A DNA stretch of 64,000 nucleotides, from positions 1,054,001-1,118,000 of the forward strand of contig OZ316896.1 of NCBI GenBank assembly GCA_973895155.1, written 5' to 3'. The notes under the pieces were generated by a model that was not told where the DNA came from, ran no database searches, and saw only the letters and a list, made by a program, of their open reading frames with translations. Of the stretch, positions 38,275 to 49,737 are shown in pieces (the stretch's first letter is position 1; every line of letters starts with the position of its first letter). Both the position numbers and the translations under genes were made by a program. The stretch is from Marsupella aquatica (lineage: Eukaryota > Plantae > Marchantiophyta).

Positions 38275-40000
38275 GGCAGTAGGACCTCCAGGTATGGCAC
38301 CATCGCCTTGCATCACATTCATTCAAACTAACCAATTGGCTTAAGTCAATTGGCTAGGGGATTTGCCTGGAACTGAGAGGTGTTTCTGATATTACGCATT
38401 TTTGCTTTCGTTCAAGCTCCCACCTGGCAGTTTGACTCCTCACATTATTGCACACATAATCTCAATCTCCGGCTGTTTTTACTGCTGTTCTCTCTGACGC
38501 GACGAGAAGCTATTTTACTAATTAAAAAAGGGGCCAAAGGTGTGGAGAGCAAGGACAAGTTTGAGCCCCAAGAATGGTTCTAAAGGGCTAGAGGCAAACT
38601 GATGTTTCCAGGGTTCCATCGTGCATACGTCAGACTTAGCAATTGTGATTGATTACTACAGACCACCGCCTAGTATGACAGACGTAGAAGATTGCAATTC
38701 TTTGTTGCACGACCATTTGCCAGAACAGCACAACAGAGTCAGGCTGCAATTTGAACACTTCACAGCTTACTGGCACATGATATGACATTCATACGTTCTA
38801 CTCTCCGCGTCCTCTTGGGGACCACAATTTACCGTCGCACCTTACCTTGGGAGATCTCTGACACTGGCGCCCAGGCATGTTATCCCTTCACAGAACGTCA
38901 GATCCTGATGGTGAGGATACACAACATAATTGACTGATGATAGCTTGCCCAGAGAAAATCACCATCAGCATCTGACGTCCTGTGAGAGACCAACAGTACT
39001 AAAGACACTCCTCACTATCAGGAAAGCTGACGGAAAGGTGAACATTTGCCGTCTTCCGTCACCAGTCAGGTTTAACCAGTTGATTATCCTTAAACGCCCA
39101 GAAAAAGATTAATCATAGTGGATGCCCACGAGCCGTTTGTCTAGGAAACGTGTTCCACCCGTGGCTGTGTCTACTCATTCATCGCCCCTCACGCCGAAGG
39201 AGTGTCTTAAGTACCGTTTTGTTCGTCAAGGTCGCACCAGCACAAAGAACAAACGACTTTACTAAAGAATAGGCCAAAAGAGGCGATAGAACCAACATGA
39301 AAAGCCGAAGGGATAAAATCTTTGAGCATTCGACTCTCCTCACATTCTTATGCTCTCATAAATACTTCTCCCATGACAAACACTAATGCTACATCACACG
39401 CTCCAAATTCCATTCAGTACGAGCCATCTCACATGTGCAGCGGCCTACAAAAAGTGGCCCTTATAACTTGTTGTGGCAGTGTTTAAACGACACCGCTTTG
39501 GATGCAGAATTGTAGTCATCACAGGTGCAGAGGTCGTAGAGGTGCAGCAAGCGGTAGGGACGACAAATTTCGGTGCCTGTCGTGGATATTGAGGTCGTGA
39601 ATGTCAACAACGATCTGTCCACGAGGTGGGGATGGTTGAATGTACGGGTTGCTTGCCTAGATAGCATTGTGCTCAAGGTCTCATGCCATAGTGCCATATG
39701 TCTCAAATTGCATAGACCTCTCTTCCCGAGGACATTTGCATCGGATCAACAGTTCTAGGTGCTAGGATTGTGCCCAATACATGATGATGTAGTCTTGAGC
39801 AAACACAATTTACACTGTAGATTTTGCGGCAAGTTCCTCTCCTACGAATGCTACAGAAGATTGACTATGCCCCAATTCAGAGCATTTCATCTCGCAGGAC
39901 CAACCACGTACCCGGCCGCACCAAAAGCTCATGGTGCCAAACTTGGGCACACCAGATTCCTTGCAATTGGTACAATGTGCACACATTCTTGACGGCATGG
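38275..40000 (+). pseudogene. Decayed duplicated coding sequence (copy A), F-box/LRR-like
   Basis: Colinear with 45522-45635 and 46250-47040 and with 23465-23885. Broken frames include LMIACPEK and LIIVDAHEPFV. The family call is a motif impression. Confidence 0.45.
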
Positions 40001-40663
40001 GCCAAACAAAAGGACACGATGCCCAGAGTTTTGACATAGATGTATACTTCAATTCCCTCTTCACGTCTATACCAGATGTCCTTCCCCTGCTGGCCCCGCG
40101 GAGTCCTACACAGATAAATTCAGTAATGACAGCATCCAATTTCTCAGTGATCTACAGTTTTCATTTCACTAGGAGCGATGCTTCGCCTACCAACCAATTG
40201 AGTCAGTGTCTGCAAATGAGAGCTCTCTCCAACTCTCAAATTTACAGCTACTTCTCTTTCTGTCAGCATTTCGAAGCAGGACTCACAATAATGCTGCTCA
40301 CTACTCAGCATTCCCTCTCCAATTATTTGCTGTGGTAAAAGGTTAGTGAGAAGAAGCTCAACGCTTTCCTCATGCTTCATTCTAGACCCATGCCGTCGCC
40401 AAAGAACCTCTTATTGATCCGATGATGCCTTGACATTCATTACGCCCACACCCACATTGGTCAAGAGTAGAATAAAGTGCTGCGTACGATAGAAGATCAC
40501 CACAGCAGTTCATGGAAGAATTCCCCACCTTGTCACATATTATTGCGGGTCGTCTGCTATCCTTCAACTTAGATCTTCACAACCTCCCGGAACGGAAATA
40601 ACAGTTTCCCTTTCATCCTCAAGCTTGAAACGAGAAAGAAATTTAGTCGACAGAGAAATTGAA

Positions 40664-40879
40664 TTAGGGTTTGGCCCTGTTGGTCATAGCGTCTAGAGCA
40701 GCAGCTTCTCGGCGGAGCTCCTTCACCACGGCAGCAAGCGCCTCTGGATTCACTCCGTGTTCGCAGAGGGCGATGAGAATGGCGAGCGATTGCCGATCCA
40801 ACCCTGTTCCCATCAACGACGCCATCGCGTGCACCACATCCAATGCCTCCCTTGCTCGCGCCACCCCGACTCCGTCCAT
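40664..40879 (-). CDS. GIP1: Mitotic-spindle organizing protein 1 / GCP3-interacting protein (MZT1/GIP1), 71 aa, intronless
   Basis: AREALDVVHAMASLMGTGLDRQSLAILIALCEHGVNPEALAAVVKELRRE is the MOZART1 signature. ATG at 40879, stop TAA at 40664-40666. Confidence 0.95.
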   Translation of the reverse strand: MDGVGVARAREALDVVHAMASLMGTGLDRQSLAILIALCEHGVNPEALAAVVKELRREAAALDAMTNRAKP

Positions 40880-40894
40880 CGCTGCACCGAACTG

Positions 40895-41385
40895 GACTTC
40901 ACTGGACTGCTTCTCTCGCTCTCTCACTGGTGGTCAGTTTCCTGTCGACTGCGAATTGCTTCTCTCGCTCTCTCACTGGATTCTGTTTCCTGTCGACTGC
41001 TTGCTTCTCTCACTCTCTCACTGGTTTCTGTTTCCTGTCGACTGCGAATTGCTTCTCTCGCTCTCTCGCTCCATTCTGTTTCCTGTCAACTGCGAATTGC
41101 TTCTCTCGCTCTCTCACTGGTTTCTGTTTCCTGTCAACTGCGAATTGCTTCTCTCGCTCTCTCACTGGTTTCTGTTTCCTGTCAACTGCGCATTGCTTCT
41201 CTCGCTCTCTCACTGGTTTCTGTTTTCTGTCGACTGCGAATTGCTTCTCTCGCTCTCTCACTGGTTTCTGTTTCCTGTCGACTGCGAATTGCTTTTCTCG
41301 CTCTCTCGCTGGATTCTGTTTCCTGTCAAATGCGAAAAAGCTTCTCTCGCTCTCTAACTCGTTTCTGTTTCCTGTCAAACGCGAA
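40895..41385. repeat. 48-bp tandem array (~10 copies) immediately upstream of GIP1
   Basis: Unit TTTCCTGTC(G/A)ACTGCGAATTGCTTCTCTCGCTCTCTCACTGGTTTCTG; one 45-bp variant unit. Confidence 0.95.
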
Positions 41386-41606
41386 TGAAGAATTGGTGGA
41401 AATCAAATGTACAGTCGACACTTTCTAATTGCAAGCCCTCGGGAAGAAACCCCATGTTGCACTTATGTGTGGATTACACTAGACAATAAGCGCAATTTCA
41501 AAGACTTTGCAATTTGTGGAGAATTGCATGCATGATTCAAAGAGCATGTTGCACTTATGTGTGTATTGCACTTGTAAATAAGTGCAATTCCGAAGACCAT
41601 TTATTG

Positions 41607-41745
41607 GAGAGATATACTTGATGGACCCCATGAGGGTCCCAATAGATTTTAGGAACATGGATCACAAGTCCATCAAGGGTCTGGATCCCTTATGGTTCCA
41701 TCATGCAACATTTCTCATTTTGGGGGTCCATCAGATATATCTCTC
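41607..41745. mobile_element. Tiny Mutator-like MITE (139 bp) inside a ~92-bp direct repeat
   Basis: TIRs GAGAGATATACTTGATGGACCCC / reverse complement GAGAGATATATCTGATGGACCCC. Flanks CCATTTATTG and CAATTTATTG (10-bp TSD, 1 mismatch). Host repeat units start at 41453 and 41545. Confidence 0.7.
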
Positions 41746-43783
41746 CAATTTATTGTGAATAATTGCAACGTTGATAAACTATGCTTTTCATCCCATACAG
41801 CCTTCTCTTGTTGTTGAAAATTGGCTAGATTCCACCTGTCTGAAAAGTCCTAGCAACTTTTGGTTAAATTGGCTAGATTTTTGTCTTCCATACCCCATCC
41901 CCCAGAATCTAACAGTTATCCTTAAATCTAGTGAGATCAGATGGTCTAGGAAAATCAGATAATGAGTCTCCCGATATTTAAGGATTACCTTAGATTCTAG
42001 ATAATGTGAAGGAGAAGATGATACGAATATTTCTTGCCCTAGACTTAAGGACAACAAATATTACTAGCATCTTCTCCCTTGGACAAGGTGACATGCACCA
42101 CCTTGCAAAAAACATAAAACCTTAAAAAGTTGCCCTGATCCTTGACGCGTCCCAGTAATTACAACTACTCCACTATTCTTTCTGTATTTGAAAATACATC
42201 ACAGCTTTAGTGTACAGTACTCGAATAGGCAATCCTGGTTTTTTTCTCATGATTTGTTTAAGAAATGTCAGTGGCAGGAAGCCTCCTGACATGGTAGTTT
42301 GATTGTGGTGGCACTTTTTCCTAATTTTTGACAACAAAGACATGGACCTAGAGGTGTCACTATGCAAGTTTTCCACGCCCCACCTATCAATCTTTGACAA
42401 TTGAGTTGCCAGTCCAACTAGTACCCACAGGGCTCAATTGCCTGGCCACCTCACTTCCACTTGGCAATACTATGCAATGCATTGGCATTGAGCTACGGTA
42501 GGGTTCTATAAAAATAGTTATTCAAGGCAAAAACATTAGACAACTCATTTTCTTTCTAGTGTCAATGAAAGATCTCTAGGGTTGGGAAGGTGTATAGTAA
42601 AAGCCCTCTTACAGGAGCATTGTCCTGGATGAAGCCTCGTTTTAAGGGTCCTGGATGGATCCCCAAACCAAACTTTTCTCCCCAAACCAACCCCTTGAGT
42701 ACAGGGGTACATTGATTTGAGGCCTATCAGGGTCTTTCAATTGTCTCAATCACTAAAGGGTCCCATCAAGTAACACCAGGGCATTCAAAGCACTACCATA
42801 AGCAGGGTTTTATGACTCTGCTTGTTTTTGGACATACATAGGTAGCCACTAAGGTTTTTATACCCTCCATAAAACCATTTTATATTCTTGGCCATACCTG
42901 GCTTACAACCCATCCTCTCTTACAACCCGCCAAGCACATACCTCGCCTTGAAATTGGGACATAAAAGTGGAAAGTAGGCCTTAAAGTCCCCATGCCACAT
43001 TCATCCCCCATGGTGGTACCCACCACGCGAGTACTCGATAAATCTCTTCTTCTATTGATCTATTCTCCCAAAGGCGTTCGGCTACTGGCTCTCCTCCTGC
43101 CTCTCCTCTTCACGCAGGTGGAGCTCTATGGTGGCAACGAATCAGCTCTGGGGGAAATCTTCCCTGCCTGATAACCTGCCACTGGTCCTCTCATGTCGTT
43201 TACTAGTACAGTTCGTAGCTAGCATCTCCCTTGAATTCCGACTGCTTTCATGGAATGGACGCACTTCTCTCCGAGTCCTGAGCAGTGAAGATTGGAATCT
43301 AAGAAAGCCTTTCATTTCATGGTGCATGTGTGGATCTTCAATTGCTTTGATTTTCTTACTATTGTGCTTTCAAGGGCCGGGATTCCGGGCCCTGGAACCT
43401 CACCACTGAATCTGAGGTTTTTCTTGGGGTGGAGGAACATTAGCTGAGTTTCGTGATTTCGAGATGGGGATTTGGAGCACAGTATGAGAGAGCTGCTGTT
43501 GGGTCATTCTCCTAGAGATTTGAGAGCAGGATCCGCTGGAACTGGAATTCGTGGCACGACTTGCTCGTATGGAGAGTTGTATAGAGTAACTGAACAAGTT
43601 TTTGATTGAAAATTGGAAGTACCCGTACCCAAAATGGATTAATGGGGATTGGGAACAAGAAGATAGAGGATTCTGCAAAGGTAAGGTTGTCACTGTAATG
43701 TCCTTTCGGAGAGAGGAGGAAATCCAGGGTTCGAATATTTGTTGGCGATTTGTAGTTGGGTTAGCAGGTGACCTCGGAGGGCA

Positions 43784-45486
43784 ATGTCACAAATGGCTCT
43801 TCTTCATAAAAGCTTTGTGGGAGTTCGTTTGAACATTAATTTGGGCTCACAATTGGAGACGGCGAGCAATCCCAAGGTCGTGGGAACACGTCACAGTTTA
43901 GGGCATACGAGTTTGGAAACGGTATCAGAAAGAAGAAGCTTGGGATGGATCAGGAGAAGATTGGATGGTCTGCATAAGACGAAGATCACACATGGTAGAG
44001 TCCAGGTAGAGCATGACCAGAGTAGGGAGGTGGGAAGCAGGAGCTTACAATCAGCATTCGCTGAACGGAAAGTTGATGTGGAGGTCGAGGTAGTGTCATG
44101 GAGAGAAAGGCATATTAGAGCGAATGTCTGTGCGGAGGCGAGTTACGAGAGGTTGTGGGAAGTGCTCACCGACTATGAACGCTTAGCAGACTTCATTCCC
44201 AATCTTGTCAGGAGGTATGTAATCCTGATTTTGCGAGCTCTCTCTCATGAGTTGAGTTGATTTGATCTATTTTACCGCTAGCACTGCCTCCAATGTATTT
44301 CGAACACACATTCTGCTTTGCACTTACTACGTGAAGCTAGTCATATTTAAAGTTGGGTATTGCCCTCGACAACGCTGTACTTTTGGCTCTGTGCATCATC
44401 TTTCCGCTGAGTTAGTTGGTCGCTGGGTCATGAGCAGTGAGAAGATCCCGAGTCCTACACCTGGGGGAATAAGGTTGCGGCAACAAGGGGTGCAAAGCGC
44501 CATGTATTGGCAGATTGAAGCCAATGTTGTGCTTGATCTGGAAGAGTGTCCTGATGCGGTAACATTATTCATACTCCCGGCTTGCTGGGTGCATTCTGTT
44601 GTGGTAGCGGAAGAATGTACTCGTTTCAAATTTGTTTTTTTGGTTGTATGGCTATTCACCTGGTCCCCGTGTTCAAGGGACTAAAATACAGCTTCGAGTA
44701 TTTGTGGATACTTACCTTCGGAACAAAAGCGTCGATCGTGTACCCAGCTTCGATTGTATTTTCCTGTCAGTCAAATTGCGGATTTGTTTTTTACTTGTTT
44801 GTCTACCCATCCCACCCTGAATGTTCTCATTTCTCACAACTTGGCCAATCAATTGGGCTAGGATATTAATGAAGGAGTTTTTCATTCATTCGATTTGTCA
44901 ATCCGTCGATTTTAACTTGAAAATTGTGAGATAGGTGTATTTTGAATAATTGTCGACATCTGCAATGTGCTTGAATTTTGGCGTGGCTTTGTATGATATG
45001 AAGGTGGATGGGAAGGAGATTAGATTCTCAATGGTGGATGGTTACTTCAAAGAGTACAAGGGGCGTTGGTATCTGCGACCTGGTCCAAGGTATGGTTTGC
45101 AATAGCTGAATCTTGCTAACGGTCTTCAGTTGTCTCACTTCAGCAGTGTGACACATCTGTTAAAACAAAGTTGACAGCAGTTTTGACAGGTTGTGCATAT
45201 GTTGCTCCAATCGGACACCAGGAGTTCTCTTTGCCTGAATTGTGTTGTGATATTAGTGACTTGAATGTTATCTGTGGTTCAATCATACGTATGCTTTATT
45301 TGTCAGCGCAGGCCCGGAACTACAAGATTACACTATGATGTCAATGTTACTCCAAAGCTTGTTTTTCCAACAGCATTTGTGGAGAAAATTATTCGGGCCG
45401 ATCTTCCTGTCAATTTGCGTGCTCTTGTGCAAAGAGCAGAGACGGATCCCTCCGAATGGAAGGATATGAAGCAGTCCTCTAAATAA
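43784..45486 (+). CDS. Polyketide cyclase/dehydrase (START/SRPBCC, Coq10-like) protein, single domain, ~270 aa; At5g08720-like
   Basis: Exons 43784-44214, 44438-44558, 45004-45089 and 45312-45486 (813 nt, phases consistent). Motifs VEVVSWRERHI, LWEVLTDYERLADFIPNLV, YWQIEANVVLDL, FSMVDGYFKEYKGRW, IIRADLPVNLRAL. The N-terminal extension may be an organellar transit peptide. Confidence 0.9.
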
Positions 45487-45521
45487 AACAAGCGGCGCCA
45501 GCGCCCCTTCGAACCGTGCTC

Positions 45522-47045
45522 AGGCAGTAGGACCTCCAGGTATGGCACCACGCCATTGCTATCCACTTATTTGCGTCAAACTGGGAACTCAAGGCCCAAA
45601 TGAGTTCGCCTTGCATCACATTCATTCAAACTAATGCTATGTTTACTTTCTATTTTCCGGTCTGTGTCCAAATCCCCAAGATACCAAAGGCTATTTGCCC
45701 TTTTAAAGAGTCTCACAGTGCACTATTTTAACTTTTGGAGAGGTAATACAACGAGCATTCATCCGTCTCATAAATGCTCAAAACCTCATCTGCATAATCC
45801 ATTATTGAACGGAACTTTAAAGCAATCAGATACAGGTTCTCCGCCTCCGTTTATTGAGTAATTCGTTGTGTAATCGCGGTCATCAGATCATAGTCTACTG
45901 TGATGAAGTCTGGTGATTGTGGAATGTATTTTCTGGGCAAGAAATCGTTGCGTTGTGTAGGAGTTTACAACTTTAGATGTAGATTGACCTACTTCCTTTG
46001 TGCTTGTTCATGATGAAGTTGAATGTTCAAGACAAACAAATCATTTCCCTCGAAGACATAATGAAGGTGCTCGATAAGGTAGTTTGCGATTTGCGATGCC
46101 AATTCTGACAGAGATTCAAGTCAATGTGCTATCGTTACCTCGTTATTAAAAGATACCGTGACCTTATTACCCGGTTCATAGTTCACATGGTATATCTGGA
46201 ACTGTTGACCCTTAAGCAAGATTCGTACACTTGACGAAATGTATCAGAGTCCACAACTTACTGTCACATGATATGACATTCATACGTTCTACTCTCCGGG
46301 TCCCCTCTTCGAGACCTCAATTTACCGTCGCACCTTACCTTGGGAGATCTCTGACACCCAGGCATGTTATCCCTTCACAGAAGTCAGATCCTGATGGTGA
46401 GGATTCACAATATAATTGACTGATGATAGCTTGCCCAGAGAAAATCACCATCAGGATCTGACGTTCTTTGAGAAACCATCAGTACTAAAGACACTCCTCA
46501 CTATCAGGACAGCTGATGGACAGGTGAAAATTTGCAGTCTTCCGTCACCAGTCAGGTCCATCCAGTTGATTACCCAGAAAAAGATTAATCATAGTGGATG
46601 CCCACGAGCCGTTTGTCTCGGCAACGTGTTCCACTCTTGGCTGTCTGCTCATTCATCGCCCCTCACGCCGAAGGAGTGTCTTTAGTACCGCTTTGTTCGT
46701 CAAGGTAGCACCAGCAGGAAGAACAAACGGCTATACTAAAGTATAGGCCAAAAGAGGCGATAGAACCAACATGAAAAGCCGAAGGGATAAGTTCTTTGAG
46801 CATTCGACTCTCCTCACATTCTTATGCTCTCATGGGCACTTCTCCCTTGAACAACACTAATGCTACATCACACGGTCCAAATTGCATTTCAGTTACGAGC
46901 CATATAACATGTTCAGCGGCCTACAAAAAGTGGCCCTTAAAACTTGACGCAGTGCTTAAACGACACCGCTTTTGGATGCAGACTTGTAGTCATCACAGGT
47001 GCAGAGGTCAGCAAGCGGAAAGGACGACAAATTTTCGGTGCCCAG
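45522..47045 (+). pseudogene. Decayed duplicated coding sequence (copy B), F-box/LRR-like
   Basis: High-identity colinear match to 38275-38330 and 38760-39575. F-box-like DLQVWHHAIAIHLFASNWELKAQMSSPC near the start; NMFSGLQKVAL later. Multiple stops. Confidence 0.45.
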
Positions 47046-48729
47046 GGAAACTGGCATTCAAAACCAAAACTCACAAATACCTGGTTCTGCCGAGTCAAGG
47101 TTTTGCAATTCTAGTAGAGATAATAAGTGACCGCTTCTCTCAAGGGATCGTATGGTAGATTGTACACATGCAAGATACCTTTAAAATCGAGAGGGACCGT
47201 GTGACAGATTGCACACATAAAATATGCCTCTAAAATCCAGACTAGTATGCTGTCGATTAACTCACTTCGCACTCTTTACTGTTGTATATCATTTATGGAT
47301 TTTTAAAGTTTGATGACCTTATCCATAAGAAGAGGCATGACGTAACATTCCCTTTCTTTTTGAGGTAAGTGATTCCTGGACAAAGAGGAACGGCATCAAA
47401 GTCGCACCTTAACACATACTTGTCTTTGGCTTTTGATTTGGGCGAGCTTCTGTGTTTGTCTTGTGCATCGGTGAGTCTCCGACTCCTCTCCAATGACACG
47501 ATGGTTCTCACGTTTCATTATGAGGAAAACTCATTATGAAACAACCATTTTCTTCTGATCGGAGGATACGGCAACACATTACGAGTTATAGAAATGCTTA
47601 CCTACATCTGTGTGGTGTGAAATGGGTGATGAGAAGTACACCATATCATGCCCGATGTCATATTCGGAAGAGGGGTCCTTGCATCATCATTTACTGGCAA
47701 ATAGATTAAATATGGTTTGTCGATCTCCCTAAAGAAAGGTAGGGTGGACATTTGCAATAGGATGGTGGATGCTCTAGACCATTTCTCTTTTGTGAATAGT
47801 TTTGGGGCGCGCCCTCCACTTTTGCTGCTACGCACCTAACTATACTTTTCTTGTATAGCATTGTTGCCACACTATCTCAGCCAAGCGTTCTTCCATTACC
47901 AACTTATTGTAATTTTCCGTTGTCACTCAGACCAAGCTTCTTTGGGGAAATTTTATTTCAGTAGTCACCAAAGAGGAAGGAATCTGAACAGATGGCATGT
48001 TTTGAGTGAATTGCAGCTCAGTCATGCTAGCCCCTAAAATTCATCAGGCAATTAGGACAATCACAATCGCATGCACGCTGCCATTGGCAATGGGAAAAAC
48101 TTGAACATAATTCCTTTTCGTCAAGATTTACAGTGGGAGCCTGCGACATAATCTTTACTTTGGTCTGCCAACCTAATTTCGCGAATGTCACTTGGGAACA
48201 CAAATATGAACAGTGCCAGCAATGGACCTAAATCCTACTTTAGGAGCAGTGACTAGGTCAAGTTTGATGGAGGGGGTGCAGGGTGTGGTCCACGTTCGGT
48301 CAGCAACCAGGCAGTTGAATCGAACTGACAGGATGAGGAAACAAAGATTCATGTAACAGTCATCTCTAGCTGGAGTCCCCACTTCAGGATTTTGGCATAA
48401 CCGTGTACTTGACTAAGAAGCCGACTTAATAAATTACCACAAATGTGCCTAAGTTTATGCGCAATTTATGTAACCGTTTTGAATTGCAATTATAACCATT
48501 TATATGCAATTTAGTTCAAATCACGAGTCTTTCAAAGTTAGAAGTGATATCCAATTTTCATATCATGTCACAGTGGTACATCTATTTGACATTGGTCTAC
48601 CTGAAAGTTGGAAATCATCTTCAGGTTTAAAGAGCGAGGTGGGACTTCTAAGACAGGGGACTTAAGAAGCAAGCTGTAACTTAAAACAACACTGGGAGAA
48701 AGAATACTCTTGCTCGCCACGGTGAACCA

Positions 48730-49245
48730 TACCTGCCTGGCTCGGATGTGGTAGTTAAAAGCTGAGGACGACCAGTGTCAATGTCTACTGCGCTCTAATA
48801 CAACCAAAAGTCGATGATAAATCTACCACCTGGAGAATACTGGCTCTTTATCATGGCATACTCAATTGAACGGTGAAACTGTAAGTAGAGTCTGTGCAAA
48901 AACCAAACCCTGTCTAGTCGAAGTGGCTTCTGTAACTTGTCCACGGAAGAGCATAGTTTCTAGAAGAAGAATCAAGAAGAGAGGATGATCGTTCTCACCG
49001 GGTCGAGCTCTCAAGAACGCTCTTCCCAACTTTCTCTCACATGTTCCCTTCCAAAAACGCCTCTCACTTGTTTGAAAGCCTAACATGTTTTCGTACGTTG
49101 GAGAAAAGCCAACACTTCCCGAACCCATTCGCAATAACTAGTTCGTGCTAAGGTGTTGCAGTTTTTCTTCGGAGGGCTATTGAGATCCGCGACATGGGCA
49201 GAGGAAGTCCGGCGGTGGCATCAACAACATTAGCTCCGGGAAAAG
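48730..49245 (-). pseudogene. Probable F-box gene relic
   Basis: One minus frame reads PELMLL..SEEKLQHLSTN*LLRMGSGSVGF..SERRFWKGTCERKLG, which fits an F-box plus following helix but has in-frame stops. A possible splice donor CAG|GTATGG lies at ~48733. Confidence 0.35.
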
Positions 49246-49737
49246 AGTATTTTTAGTACCCTCTCAGCGAAGAAGATTGAACGAAGTGAAAGAAATACGT
49301 AACAGACTTCATATTACCCTAAAACCCTGAAAACCATTTATTACATTTCAGCCCTTATGAGTTTTCACTATTGAACGAAAACCCGAATAAAGACTGTCCC
49401 CCCACAACAGATGGCTTTACTGTTGTCGACGACTTTTCATATATGGCAGCCCGTGCCTTCAAGAATTAAGAGACGGAGAAAGTTGCACAACCCTTCTATC
49501 CATGGCTCTCTCACAGCTATCAGATGCCTGGAATGATCGAACGGAGGAATACGGAACAACAATCTACGTTTTTGAGGGCTGATTCCCCGGGATGGGGAAG
49601 GAAAGCGGAGAAAGGCCAAATGGTGCGTACGGCTTCACAGCTCAGCATGCTCTTCTATTTTTCTTCCAAACCCTTGCTCTCACCTTACTACCAAACCAAT
49701 CGACATGAATTGTACAGGACCATAGCAAAACAAAAAT

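Noticed and set aside
38760-39900. Possible polycistronic snoRNA cluster (several TGATGA/CTGA motifs, duplicated conserved block)
   Set aside because: I could not pair C and D boxes with a recognisable rRNA antisense element, and the substitutions between copies favour former protein coding. A snoscan/Infernal run would settle it.
40895-41385. Regular repeats resembling a CRISPR array (also 182-362, 15537-15652, 19628-20180)
   Set aside because: Units are head-to-tail with no unique spacers, there are no cas genes, and the context is eukaryotic.
40671-41428. Long ORFs of 122-228 aa in several frames
   Set aside because: Artefacts of a 48-bp (3n) stop-poor tandem array plus the antisense of GIP1; non-ATG starts and no domain.
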